Shown: positions 19,822-29,100, counted from the stretch's first letter. The stretch is DNA of 64,000 bases from Alkalispirochaeta sp. (GCA_965242725.1 CBDESZ010000004.1:352001-416000), one strand, 5' to 3'. The notes: generated from the letters alone by a model not told the origin. Program-made: numbers and translations.

Positions 19822-20049
19822 GTGGGTGACGCCGGCGGCCGAGGTGCGGCACGGTATATTGCGACGCGCCGGTTGGGCGGGGTCGTGCTGCTCGGCTCGG
19901 TGCTGATGGGGTGCCAGCCGACGGTGAAGATCGAGGCGCCGGACGAGCCGATTGTGATCAACCTCAACGTCAAGATCGAACAGGAGGTGCGGGTTCGCGT
20001 CGAACGGGAGATCGATGATCTGTTGCGTGAAAATGATGATCTTTTCTAA
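19822..20049 (+). CDS. ynbE: YnbE-family lipoprotein
   Basis: Lipobox VLMGC followed by PTVKIEAPDEPIVINLNVKIEQEVRV, in ydbH-ynbE-ydbL order. The start is uncertain (19762-19822). Confidence 0.85.
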   Translation: MGDAGGRGAARYIATRRLGGVVLLGSVLMGCQPTVKIEAPDEPIVINLNVKIEQEVRVRVEREIDDLLRENDDLF

Positions 20050-20377
20050 AGCCTTACGGGTACTGGTCGTGGCCGTTGCGATGCTGATCGCGGCGCCGCC
20101 GGGGGCCTTCGCGGACGAACTGGACGACGCCAAGGCGGCGGGTCTGGTCGGCGAGACCTGGCGCGGCTACCTGGCGCCGGTCAACGCGCCGACGCCGGAA
20201 GTGACGGCGCTGGTGGAGCGGATCAACGCGGCGCGGCGGCAGCGCTATGAAGAAATCGCACGGGATACGGGGGCGTCGCGGGAAGACGTCGAGTTGCTGA
20301 CGGCGCAGCGGGTGATCGACCAGGCGGCGTCGGGGACCTATATCCTGGATCAAAGCAACAACTGGCGGCAAAAGTAA
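20033..20377 (+). CDS. ydbL: YdbL family (DUF1318) periplasmic protein
   Basis: Signal peptide, LDDAKAAGLVGE..GYL, INAARRQRYEEIA and C-terminal W..K. Confidence 0.88.
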   Translation: MMIFSKALRVLVVAVAMLIAAPPGAFADELDDAKAAGLVGETWRGYLAPVNAPTPEVTALVERINAARRQRYEEIARDTGASREDVELLTAQRVIDQAASGTYILDQSNNWRQK

Positions 20378-20451
20378 GCTGCGGCGGTCGGCCGTGGTAG
20401 ACTGACCGCCGGGCCGGCGGACGGCCCTAACTGGTTTTTTGGAGATCCCCC

Positions 20452-21372
20452 ATGGACTTGCCCCGCAGCGTCGACGCGACGCTTAGCCTCCTTGCGCATG
20501 GCAGCTACGTCGCCGACCGCAGCCTTGCCACGGCGGCGTTCCTGGCGCTCGGCCAGCGCCGGCCGCTGTTCCTGGAAGGCGAGGCCGGGGTCGGCAAGAC
20601 GGAAATCGCCAAGGTGCTGGCCGATACCCTGGGGCGCAAGCTGGTGCGGCTGCAGTGCTACGAGGGGCTGGACGTGGCGGCGTCGGTCTACGAGTGGAAC
20701 TACGCGGCGCAGATGATCGAGATCCGCATGGCCGAGGCGGAAGGGATCGAGGACAAGGGGCGGCTGTCGCGGGACATCTTCAGCGAGCGGTTCCTGATCA
20801 AGCGGCCGTTGTTGCAAGCGTTGGAACCGGATGCCGCGGGGGCCCCGGTGCTGCTGATCGACGAACTCGACCGGGCCGACGAGCCGTTCGAGGCGTTCCT
20901 GCTGGAGGTGCTGTCGGATTTTCAGATCACGGTGCCGGAACTGGGGACGATCAAGGCGGACGACGCGCCGGTGGTGGTGATCACGTCGAACCGGACGCGG
21001 GAGATCCACGACGCGCTGAAACGGCGGTGCTTCTACTACTGGGTGGATTATCCCGACGCGGCGCGGGAGTTGGAGATCTTGCGGCTGAAGGCGAGCGAGA
21101 CCAGCGAGACGTTGAGCCGGCAAGTGGTCGGGTTCGTGCAGGCGCTGCGGGACAAGGACCTGTTCAAGGCGCCGGGGGTGGCGGAGACCATCGACTGGGC
21201 GCATGCGCTGACGCAACTCGACACCATCGAACTGGCGCCGGGGGTGATCGACGACACCCTGGGGGTGCTGCTGAAGTACCAGGACGACATCGCGCGGATT
21301 CAGGGCAGCGAAGCGGCGCAGATCCTGGCGCAAGTACAGTCGGAATTGGCGCGGCAACCGGCGGCGCAATAG
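20452..21372 (+). CDS. coxD: CoxD-type MoxR AAA+ ATPase
   Basis: LEGEAGVGKTE, RLQCYEGLD, LLIDELDR and TSNRTREIHDALKRRC. Confidence 0.92.
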   Translation: MDLPRSVDATLSLLAHGSYVADRSLATAAFLALGQRRPLFLEGEAGVGKTEIAKVLADTLGRKLVRLQCYEGLDVAASVYEWNYAAQMIEIRMAEAEGIEDKGRLSRDIFSERFLIKRPLLQALEPDAAGAPVLLIDELDRADEPFEAFLLEVLSDFQITVPELGTIKADDAPVVVITSNRTREIHDALKRRCFYYWVDYPDAARELEILRLKASETSETLSRQVVGFVQALRDKDLFKAPGVAETIDWAHALTQLDTIELAPGVIDDTLGVLLKYQDDIARIQGSEAAQILAQVQSELARQPAAQ

Positions 21373-21374
21373 CC

Positions 21375-22607
21375 ATGCGCGACGGCGGCGTGCTCGGCGG
21401 CAAGATGGCGGCGAACGTGATGCAGTTCGCGCGGGTGCTGCGGGCCGCCGGGCTGCCGGTGGGGCCGGGGCAAACGCTGCGCGCGGTGGAGGCGGCGGCG
21501 GCGGTGGGCATCGACAACCGCGACGATTTCTATTGGGCGCTGCACGCGGTGCTGGTCAACCGGCGGTCGCAGCGGCCGGTGTTCGACCAGGCGTTCCAGG
21601 TGTTTTGGCGCAACCCGCGGCTGTTGGAACGGCTGCAGTCGCTGTTGCTGCCGACGGTCGACGGCAGCAGCGACGCGACCGAGCAAGGCAGCTTGTCGCG
21701 GCGGGTGATGGAAGCCCTGCGGCAGGACGTGGGTTGGACCCTGGAGGAGGACTCCGAAGGCATTCCGGTGGCGGACCGGCGGGAAACCTGGTCGAGCCGG
21801 GAAGTGCTGAACGACATGGACTTCGAGGACATGTCGACGGCGGAGATCGAGGCGGCGAAACGGGCGATCGCGCGGCTGCGGCCGGCGGCGATGATGGTGG
21901 CGACACGGCGGTTTCGGCCGGACCCGAGCGGGCCACGGTTCGACATGCGGGCAACGCTGCGGGCGGCGGCGCGGGGCGGCGGCGGGGTGATCCCGCTGCG
22001 GCGGCAGGCACGTCGCCTGCGGCGGCCGCCGCTGGTGGTGCTGTGCGACATCTCCGGGTCGATGGCGCAGTACTCGCGGATGCTGCTGCATTTCATGCAC
22101 GCGCTGGCGCGGGATCAGAACCGGGTGGCGAGCTTCGTGTTCGGGACCCGGCTGAACAACATCACCCGGTATTTGCGGACGCGGGACGTGGACGAGGCGC
22201 TGGCGCAGGTCAGCGCGGCGGTCGACGACTGGTCGGGCGGGACGCGGATCGGCACCTGCCTGGCGACGTTCAATCAGGAATGGGCGCGGCGGGTGCTGGC
22301 GCAAGGGGCGGTGGTGCTGCTGATCAGCGACGGCCTGGACCGGGACGCGGGCGAAGGGCTGGGGCGGGAGATGGCGCGGCTGCACCGGTCGTGCCGGCGG
22401 CTGATCTGGCTCAACCCGCTGATGCGTTACGCCGGCTACGAAGCCAAGGCGCAAGGGGCGCGGGCGATGGCGCCGCATGTTGACGACATGCGGACGGTGC
22501 ACAACTTGACGAGCTTGCAAGACTTGGCGGCGGCGTTGGCGGACGCGATGAGCCAGCGCGGGCCGCGAGTCATGCGATCACGGGAGCCGGCGCAGGAGGC
22601 GGCATGA
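21375..22607 (+). CDS. coxE: CoxE-type VWA domain protein
   Basis: FARVLRAAGLPVGP, MIDAS-like CDISGSM, WSGGTRIG and LIWLNPL. The ATG lies just after the coxD stop. Confidence 0.9.
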   Translation: MRDGGVLGGKMAANVMQFARVLRAAGLPVGPGQTLRAVEAAAAVGIDNRDDFYWALHAVLVNRRSQRPVFDQAFQVFWRNPRLLERLQSLLLPTVDGSSDATEQGSLSRRVMEALRQDVGWTLEEDSEGIPVADRRETWSSREVLNDMDFEDMSTAEIEAAKRAIARLRPAAMMVATRRFRPDPSGPRFDMRATLRAAARGGGGVIPLRRQARRLRRPPLVVLCDISGSMAQYSRMLLHFMHALARDQNRVASFVFGTRLNNITRYLRTRDVDEALAQVSAAVDDWSGGTRIGTCLATFNQEWARRVLAQGAVVLLISDGLDRDAGEGLGREMARLHRSCRRLIWLNPLMRYAGYEAKAQGARAMAPHVDDMRTVHNLTSLQDLAAALADAMSQRGPRVMRSREPAQEAA

Positions 22608-22939
22608 CGGGTGCAACGTGGGACAGCGACGACGTGCTGGGACAAGCGGCGGCATGGCACGCCGCGGGCGCCGACGTAGCGATCGCGACGGTGGTGCGGA
22701 CCTGGGGCTCGAGCCCGCGGCCGGTGGGCAGCCAACTGGCGGTAGACGGCGACGGCAACATGGTCGGCAGCGTGTCGGGCGGCTGTATCGAAGGCGCGGT
22801 GATCGGCGAGGCGCGGGAGGTGATGGCGACGGGGGCGCCGAAGCTGCTTTCCTACGGTGTTTCCAACGAGATGGCGTGGGAAGTGGGACTCGCCTGCGGC
22901 GGTACGGTCGAGGTTTACGTCGAACGCGTAAGCTCATGA
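22604..22939 (+). CDS. XdhC/CoxI family N-terminal-domain protein
   Basis: ATVVRTWGSSPRPVGS, GSVSGGCIE and GLACGG. ATGA overlap with coxE. Confidence 0.9.
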   Translation: MTGATWDSDDVLGQAAAWHAAGADVAIATVVRTWGSSPRPVGSQLAVDGDGNMVGSVSGGCIEGAVIGEAREVMATGAPKLLSYGVSNEMAWEVGLACGGTVEVYVERVSS

Positions 22940-23628
22940 AGTCAGGCGACCTTTCGGCACTGCTTGAAGCGCGGCGTGAAAAACGGCCGGTGGCGTTGGT
23001 GACCGACTTGACGTCCGGGGCGCAAGGGCTTGTCGGCCTTGATGAATCAACGGGCGACCTGGCGCTCGACGGCGACCAGACCGCGGCGGTGCGCGACGCG
23101 CTGCTGCACGACCGGGCGGGGGCGGTCGAGGGCGGTTCGTTGTTCGTGCGGCCGTACAACCCGCCGAAGCGGCTGATCATCGTCGGCGCGGTGCACATCG
23201 CCCAAGCCCTGGCGCCGATGGCGCAGGTCGCGGGGTTCGACGTGACGATCATCGACCCGCGCGGCGCGTTCGCGACGGCGGCGCGGTTCCCCGACGTGAC
23301 GATGCTGGACGATTGGCCGGATGACGCGATGACGGCGCTGGCGCCGGACAACCGGACCGCCGTCGTCGCACTGACCCACGATCCGAAGCTGGACGACCCG
23401 GCGCTGCAGGTGGCGCTGGCGTCGGGCGCGTTCTATGTCGGGGCGCTGGGCAGCCGCAAGACCCACGGCGCGCGGCTCGAACGGCTAACCGAGGCGGGGG
23501 TCGAGGAAGCGGCGCTGGCGCGGATTCACGGGCCGATCGGCCTGGCGATCGGGGCGCGGAGCCCGGCGGAGATCAGCATCGCGATCCTGGCGCAGATCAC
23601 CGCGGTGTTGCACGGCGCCGCGGCATGA
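22936..23628 (+). CDS. XdhC/CoxF family Rossmann-domain protein (Moco insertion chaperone)
   Basis: IVGAVHIAQAL, LTHDPKLDD, YVGALGSR and GPIGLAIGARSPAEI. ATGA overlap. Confidence 0.9.
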   Translation: MKSGDLSALLEARREKRPVALVTDLTSGAQGLVGLDESTGDLALDGDQTAAVRDALLHDRAGAVEGGSLFVRPYNPPKRLIIVGAVHIAQALAPMAQVAGFDVTIIDPRGAFATAARFPDVTMLDDWPDDAMTALAPDNRTAVVALTHDPKLDDPALQVALASGAFYVGALGSRKTHGARLERLTEAGVEEAALARIHGPIGLAIGARSPAEISIAILAQITAVLHGAAA

Positions 23629-25220
23629 AGTTCGGGGCGATTCCGGTGGCGACGGCGGCCGGCGCGATCCTGGCGCACTCGCAACGGCTGGCCGACGGGG
23701 TGTTGAAAAAAGGCCGGGTGCTGAGCGAGGCCGACGTGGCGGCGCTGGCGGCGGCGGGGTTGGACGAGGTGGTGGCGGCGCGCCTGGAGCCGGGGGACTT
23801 GGCGGAAGACGCCGCGGCGGATCGGGTGGCGCGGGCGATCGGCGGGCCGGGTTTGACGCAGACGGCGCCGTTTGCCGGGCGCTGCAACCTGGTGGCGTCG
23901 GCGGACGGGGTGATGGTGGTCGACCGGGCGACGGTCGACGCGCTGAACGCCATCGACGAGGGCCTGACCATCGCGACGGTGGCACCGTATGCGCTGGTGC
24001 GGGCGCGGCAACTGGTGGCGACGGTCAAGGTGATCCCGTTCGCGGTGCATGAACGGACGGTGCAGCAATGGTGCGACGCGGGCGCGGCGTTGCGGCTGGC
24101 GCCGCTGGTGCCGCGGGACGTGGCGCTGATCCAAACGCGGTTGCCGGGGACGCGGGAAGCGGTGCTGGACAAGACGTCGAAGGTGACGGCGGCGCGCCTG
24201 ACGGAGCTGGGTAGCCGATTGCGGCGGGACGAGCGCTGCGACCATGACGCGGCGGCGCTGGCGGCGGCGATCGGCGAGGCGGCGGACTGCGACGTGATCC
24301 TGATCAGCGGGGCGTCGGCGATCGTCGACCGGCGTGACGTGGTACCGGCGGGGCTGGTGGCGGCGGGCGGCACGGTGACGCATTTCGGCATGCCGGTGGA
24401 CCCGGGCAACCTGATGCTGACGGGGTCGCTCGACGAGCGGCCGGTGCTGGGGCTGCCGGGGTGCGCGCGATCGCCGAAGCTGAACGGGCTGGACTGGGTG
24501 CTGTGGCGTCTGTTCGCCGGGCTGCCGGTGGACGGCGCCGGGATCGCCGGCATGGGAGTCGGCGGGTTGCTGAAGGAAATCCCGTCACGGCCGCAGCCGC
24601 GGCAGTCGACGGCACCGGCGCCGGGCAGCTTGCCGCGGGTGGCGGCGGTGGTGCTGGCGGCGGGTCAATCGCGGCGCATGGGGGCGACCAACAAACTGCT
24701 GGCCCCGGTCGACGGGCGGCCGATGGTGCGGCACGCGGTCGACGCGGCGCTGGCCAGCCAAGCCGACCCGGTGGTGGTGGTGACCGGCCACGACGCCGCG
24801 TCGGTGCGGCAAGCGCTGGACGGCCTGGACGTGCGGTTCGCCGACAACCGCGATTACGGCGACGGGTTAAGCAGCTCACTTAAGGCGGGGATCGCGGCGG
24901 TGGGCGATGCCGACGGCGCCGTGGTGCTGCTGGGCGACATGCCACGAGTGACGGCGGCGCATATCGATACGCTGATCGCCGCGTTCGACCCGGTGGAAGG
25001 GCGCGGTATCTGCGTGCCTACGTGGCAGGGGGCGCGGGGCAACCCGGTGTTGTGGGGCCGGGCGTACTTCGGCGAGATCGCGGCGATCACCGGCGACGTG
25101 GGGGCCAAGCACTTGATCGGGGCCAACGCGGAAGCGGTGGCCGAGGTGGCGTTGGATTCCGACGCGGTGCTGGTCGACGTGGACACGCCGGACGCGCTGG
25201 CGGCGCTAATCGGCGACTGA
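23625..25220 (+). CDS. mocA: Molybdopterin-binding domain fused to molybdenum cofactor cytidylyltransferase (MocA-like)
   Basis: N-terminal MoeA-like domain (GMPVDPGNL, PGCARSP). C-terminal LAAGQSRRMG, LGDMP, GNPVLW, GDVGA and DVDTP. Confidence 0.87.
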   Translation: MKFGAIPVATAAGAILAHSQRLADGVLKKGRVLSEADVAALAAAGLDEVVAARLEPGDLAEDAAADRVARAIGGPGLTQTAPFAGRCNLVASADGVMVVDRATVDALNAIDEGLTIATVAPYALVRARQLVATVKVIPFAVHERTVQQWCDAGAALRLAPLVPRDVALIQTRLPGTREAVLDKTSKVTAARLTELGSRLRRDERCDHDAAALAAAIGEAADCDVILISGASAIVDRRDVVPAGLVAAGGTVTHFGMPVDPGNLMLTGSLDERPVLGLPGCARSPKLNGLDWVLWRLFAGLPVDGAGIAGMGVGGLLKEIPSRPQPRQSTAPAPGSLPRVAAVVLAAGQSRRMGATNKLLAPVDGRPMVRHAVDAALASQADPVVVVTGHDAASVRQALDGLDVRFADNRDYGDGLSSSLKAGIAAVGDADGAVVLLGDMPRVTAAHIDTLIAAFDPVEGRGICVPTWQGARGNPVLWGRAYFGEIAAITGDVGAKHLIGANAEAVAEVALDSDAVLVDVDTPDALAALIGD

Positions 25221-25225
25221 CGCAG

Positions 25226-25921
25226 CTAACGCACCATGGCGTCGAACAGGCGGGCGGCGGCGGGGCCGGACAGCGATTGCAGGAAGTGCCCCTCCCCCGG
25301 TGCGACGAACAACAAAGGTTCCTGACCGAGGTCGCGCAGGGCGGCGTCGACGCGGCGGGCGTTGTCGATCCAGCCGCGATCTTCGGCACCGACGAACAGC
25401 GAAACGTTGATGCCGTCGAGGGCGGCGAGGTTGGCGAAATCCTGCTCGGCCGGCGGAAAGCCGGGCACGACGGTCAGCGAGCGGACCTGATCCGGGTGGT
25501 CCAAGGCGGCGCGGAAGGCGCTGAGGCCGCCGTTGCTGACGCCGGCGACGTCGAGGCGGCCGTCGCGGACGCGGAAGCTGGTCAGCAAATGATCGAACAG
25601 CGGTGGGATGTGGCGGGCGGCGTCGCGGAAGAACAGGCCGCCGGGGGTCTCGGGGCTGACGACGATGAAGCCGCGGGCGGCGCCCTCGGCCTCCCAATAG
25701 GACGCGAGGCCGGCGTCGACCATGGCGCGATCCTGGCTGCCCGGCGGAAACGCCAGCAGCAGTGGGTAGGTGTTGTCGGGGCGGAAACCGTCGGGCACCG
25801 CGATCGCGTAGGTGAGGTCGGTGCCGTCGGGCAAGGTGACGGTCTCGAACTCTGCGGCGTGGGCGTGGGCGGGGGCGGCGAGCAGGAAACTCGCGAGGAG
25901 GATTTTACGTATCACTGACAT
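25226..25921 (-). CDS. Exported alpha/beta hydrolase (esterase/depolymerase-like)
   Basis: Signal peptide, nucleophile elbow GVSNGG, VGAED acid and GEGH histidine. Confidence 0.72.
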   Translation of the reverse strand: MSVIRKILLASFLLAAPAHAHAAEFETVTLPDGTDLTYAIAVPDGFRPDNTYPLLLAFPPGSQDRAMVDAGLASYWEAEGAARGFIVVSPETPGGLFFRDAARHIPPLFDHLLTSFRVRDGRLDVAGVSNGGLSAFRAALDHPDQVRSLTVVPGFPPAEQDFANLAALDGINVSLFVGAEDRGWIDNARRVDAALRDLGQEPLLFVAPGEGHFLQSLSGPAAARLFDAMVR

Positions 25922-26005
25922 AAGCCCGACGACAGCCGATCGTCGGGAGCGCCGCAAGGGAGGCGGCATCAAACAATGGTGAGGGAAATGGCGGAGAGGC
26001 GCGGG

Positions 26006-26410
26006 TTAGGCGAGGGAATCGAGCAGGGTGCCGGAAAGCTCGTCGGCGACGCGGAGGACGGCGGCGCTGGCCTTGTAGGCATGCTCGGCCTGGGCCAACT
26101 CGACGACGCTGGTGACGAGGTCGACGTTGGCGAGGCCGACGAGGCCGTCGGCGTTGGCATCGGGGTGGCCGGGGTCGAACACCGGCTGAAACGGCGGGTC
26201 GACGGGCACGCGGTTGACCACCGGCAACCCGGTGGGCCCGGTGGTCTGGACAGCGCGGCCGGGCGTGTAGGCGGCCGCGGCCGCCGCCGGATCGACGGGC
26301 GGGTCGAGGGAGCGCGTGGTGCGGGCGTTGGCGATGTTGTCCGCGGCGATGGAGGCGCGGGCGCCGGCGGCCCGCAAGCCCGCCGCGGCACTGCTGAATA
26401 GGTCCGCCAT
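26006..26410 (-). CDS. FlgC-like flagellar basal-body rod protein (orphan)
   Basis: N-terminal AADNIANA rod motif, DPGHPDANADG.V and C-terminal NVDLVTSVVEL...AYKASAAVL. Confidence 0.75.
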   Translation of the reverse strand: MADLFSSAAAGLRAAGARASIAADNIANARTTRSLDPPVDPAAAAAAYTPGRAVQTTGPTGLPVVNRVPVDPPFQPVFDPGHPDANADGLVGLANVDLVTSVVELAQAEHAYKASAAVLRVADELSGTLLDSLA

Positions 26411-26578
26411 GGCGGCATTATCCGGCCATACAACGACGCCGTTCAACGCCTATCGCCGCGGGTTCGAGGTGAATTTGGCGGGCATTTTAGGGAGCGGCCG
26501 GGCGGCGCGGATGGCGGCTCCCACCGCCGGATTGGGCGGGTTACGGCGAGTCGGGTTAACTGTGTTAGCGTCGCGGGC

Positions 26579-28381
26579 ATGGTGAGCGATACGGCGGCGG
26601 CGCCACCCTCGGGCGGGGCGTTTCAGGGATTGAAGGAAGGGCTGCGCCGGGTACGGGCGCGGGACATCCGGCTGTGGAGCGGGCTGGTGATGATGGCGTT
26701 CGTCACCACGCACCTGCTGAACCTGAGCCTGGGGTTGATCTCCCTCGACGCGCTGGAGGGGGGGCGGATCGCCTTCCTGACGGTGTGGCGCGCCGAGCCG
26801 ATATCAATCCTGCTGTTCGCGTCGATCCTGAGCCATATCGGGCTGGGGCTATGGGCGCTGTACCAACGGCAGACGTTGCGGATGCGGCCGTCGGAGGCGG
26901 CGCAGTTGGTGCTCGGCCTGCTGATCCCGTTCCTGCTGGTGCCGCACATCATCGGTACGGCGATCGCGGCGCGGTCGTTCGGGATGGACGACAGCTATTT
27001 GCTGATCATCAATAGCCTATGGGTCGACGGGCGCAACCACGGGCTGATGCAGGTGACGGCGACGATCGTGGTGTGGGCGCACGGCTGTATCGGCGTGCAC
27101 ATGTGGCTGCGGCTGAAGCCGTGGTACCGGCGTTGGCAATCGGTGCTGTACGGCGGGGCGCTGTTGCTGCCGGTGGTGTCGCTGCTGGGCTACGTGTCGG
27201 CGGGGCGGCGGGTGGCGGCACTGGCGGCGCAGGAGGGCTGGCGCGAGGCGCTGTGGCTGGCGTCGAACGCGCCCGACGCAGACGGGTTGGCGTCACTGGC
27301 GGCAACGGGGCAGACCCTGACGGCGATCAGCGCCGGGCTGATCGTCGTGACCCTGGCCGGGCGGGGGGTGCGCAAGGCGGTGCAGGCGCGGCGCGGCGTG
27401 GTGCGAGTGAGCTATCCCGAACGGCGGCAGGTGTCGATGGTCAAGGGGCCGACGATCCTGGACGCGAGCCGGGCCAACAACATTCCCCATGCCCACGTGT
27501 GCGGCGGCCGGGGGCGGTGTTCGACGTGCCGGGTGCGGGTGATCGAGGGCGGCGAGAACCTGAGCGAGGCGTCGGCGGACGAGCAGAAGGTGCTGCGCCG
27601 GGTGAGCGCGGCGCCGGACGTGCGGTTGGCGTGCCAGGCGGTGCCGCTGGGCGACGTCACGGTGGCGCCGCTGCTGCCGGCGGACGCGAGCGCGCGGAAG
27701 GGCCACGCCCAGACGGCGGCGATGCGCGGGCAGGAGCGGGAAATCGCGATCATGTTCGTCGACATCCGCAAGTTCACGACGCTGTCGGAGAAGAAGCTGC
27801 CGTACGACGTGGTGTTCATCTTGAACCGATACTTCGCGGGGATGGGCGAGGCCATCGAGGCGGCCGGCGGGCACGTGGACAAGTTCATCGGCGACGGGGT
27901 GATGGCGCTGTTCGGGATCAACGAGCGGCCGATGGCGGCGTGCGCGCAAGCGCTGAACGCGGCGCGGGCGATCTCGGAGAAGCTGGACAGCCTCAACGGC
28001 CTGCTGGCGAGCGACTTGCCGGCGCCGTTGCAGATCGGCATCGGCATTCACTCGGGGCCGGCGATTGTCGGCGAAATGGGCTACCGGGAAGCGACGTCGG
28101 TGACGGCGATCGGCGACGCGGTCAACACGGCGAGCCGGCTGGAGGCGGTGACCAAGGAATACGGCGCTCAGCTGGTGGTGTCGCAGCACGTGGCCGACAT
28201 GGCGGACGCGGACCTGTCGGCGTATCCGAGCGCGGCGCAGGAGATCCGCGGCCGGGTCGAACCGCTGACGGTGCGGATCGTGGCCGACGCCAGCGAACTG
28301 CCGGCGGTGGCGGTGCCAACGCGCCGCCGACGGGCGCGCGGGGGGCAACGCGACCAGAGGGCGCCCGAGACCGCGTCATGA
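26579..28381 (+). CDS. Class III adenylate cyclase with His-containing membrane domain and 2Fe-2S ferredoxin (CyaC-type)
   Basis: About 6 TM segments with His residues (HLLN, SHIG, PHII, AHGCIGVH), then CGGRGRCSTC...RLAC. Catalytic FVDIRKFT, DKFIGDG, GIHSG and TAIGDAVNTASRLE; Lys/Thr specificity residues indicate ATP. Confidence 0.9.
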   Translation: MVSDTAAAPPSGGAFQGLKEGLRRVRARDIRLWSGLVMMAFVTTHLLNLSLGLISLDALEGGRIAFLTVWRAEPISILLFASILSHIGLGLWALYQRQTLRMRPSEAAQLVLGLLIPFLLVPHIIGTAIAARSFGMDDSYLLIINSLWVDGRNHGLMQVTATIVVWAHGCIGVHMWLRLKPWYRRWQSVLYGGALLLPVVSLLGYVSAGRRVAALAAQEGWREALWLASNAPDADGLASLAATGQTLTAISAGLIVVTLAGRGVRKAVQARRGVVRVSYPERRQVSMVKGPTILDASRANNIPHAHVCGGRGRCSTCRVRVIEGGENLSEASADEQKVLRRVSAAPDVRLACQAVPLGDVTVAPLLPADASARKGHAQTAAMRGQEREIAIMFVDIRKFTTLSEKKLPYDVVFILNRYFAGMGEAIEAAGGHVDKFIGDGVMALFGINERPMAACAQALNAARAISEKLDSLNGLLASDLPAPLQIGIGIHSGPAIVGEMGYREATSVTAIGDAVNTASRLEAVTKEYGAQLVVSQHVADMADADLSAYPSAAQEIRGRVEPLTVRIVADASELPAVAVPTRRRRARGGQRDQRAPETAS

Positions 28382-29100
28382 TCGTGCTGTTCACCGACTT
28401 CGGCCGCGACGGGCCGTATGTCGGGCAAATGCACGCGGCGGTACGGGCGGTGACGCCGGACGCGACGATCATCGACCTGATGCATGACGCGCCGGTCAGC
28501 AACCCGCGGCTGGCGGCGTATCTGTTGGCGGCGTATGTGGGGCCGATGGCGGGCGCAAAGGTGTTCGTTTGCGTCGTCGACCCGGGGGTCGGCGGGGCGC
28601 GGGCGCCGGTGGCGCTGAACGCCGACGGCATTTGGTACGTGGGGCCGGACAATGGGCTGCTGGCGGTGGTGGCGCGGCGGGCGGCGGACGCCGCGTGGCA
28701 CGACATCGCCTGGCGGCCGGCGGTGATGAGCGCGACGTTTCACGGGCGCGACCTGTTCGCGCCGGTGGCAGCGCAGATCGCCACCGGAACGCTGACGGAG
28801 CTGCGGCCACGGGACGGCGGCGCGGTGGGCGAGGACTGGCCGGACGACCTGGCGGCGGTGTGTCAGATCGACCGGTTCGGCAACGTGATCACCGGCACGC
28901 GGGCGGCAATGGTCGACCGGGACGCAGTGGTGACGGTGGGTGGCAAACGGCTGCGCTATGCCCGGACGTTCGGCGAGGTGCCTACCGGGGAGCCGCTGTG
29001 GACGGAGAACGCCAACGGCCTGCTGGAGTTGGCGGTCAATCAGGGGCGGGCAGACGTGGTGCTGGGCCTGGGGCTAGGCGACGGCATCGTCGTCGGCTGA
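28378..29100 (+). CDS. SAM hydroxide adenosyltransferase (DUF62; chlorinase/fluorinase family)
   Basis: LFTDFG, VVDPGVGGAR, GPDNG, TFHGRDLF, IDRFGN and LELAVN. ATGA overlap with the cyclase. Confidence 0.9.
   Translation: MIVLFTDFGRDGPYVGQMHAAVRAVTPDATIIDLMHDAPVSNPRLAAYLLAAYVGPMAGAKVFVCVVDPGVGGARAPVALNADGIWYVGPDNGLLAVVARRAADAAWHDIAWRPAVMSATFHGRDLFAPVAAQIATGTLTELRPRDGGAVGEDWPDDLAAVCQIDRFGNVITGTRAAMVDRDAVVTVGGKRLRYARTFGEVPTGEPLWTENANGLLELAVNQGRADVVLGLGLGDGIVVG

Noticed and set aside
20655..21374. N-terminal extensions of CoxE (650 aa), and of ORFs 27019-29100, 22618-23628 and 52740-53888
   Set aside because: The extensions overlap upstream genes in another frame. The real starts are at the coupled ATGs 21375, 28378, 22936 and 53438.
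28378..29100. Fluorinase/chlorinase
   Set aside because: It retains the Asp/Arg/His residues of the hydroxide-transferring branch, and there is no halometabolite cluster nearby.
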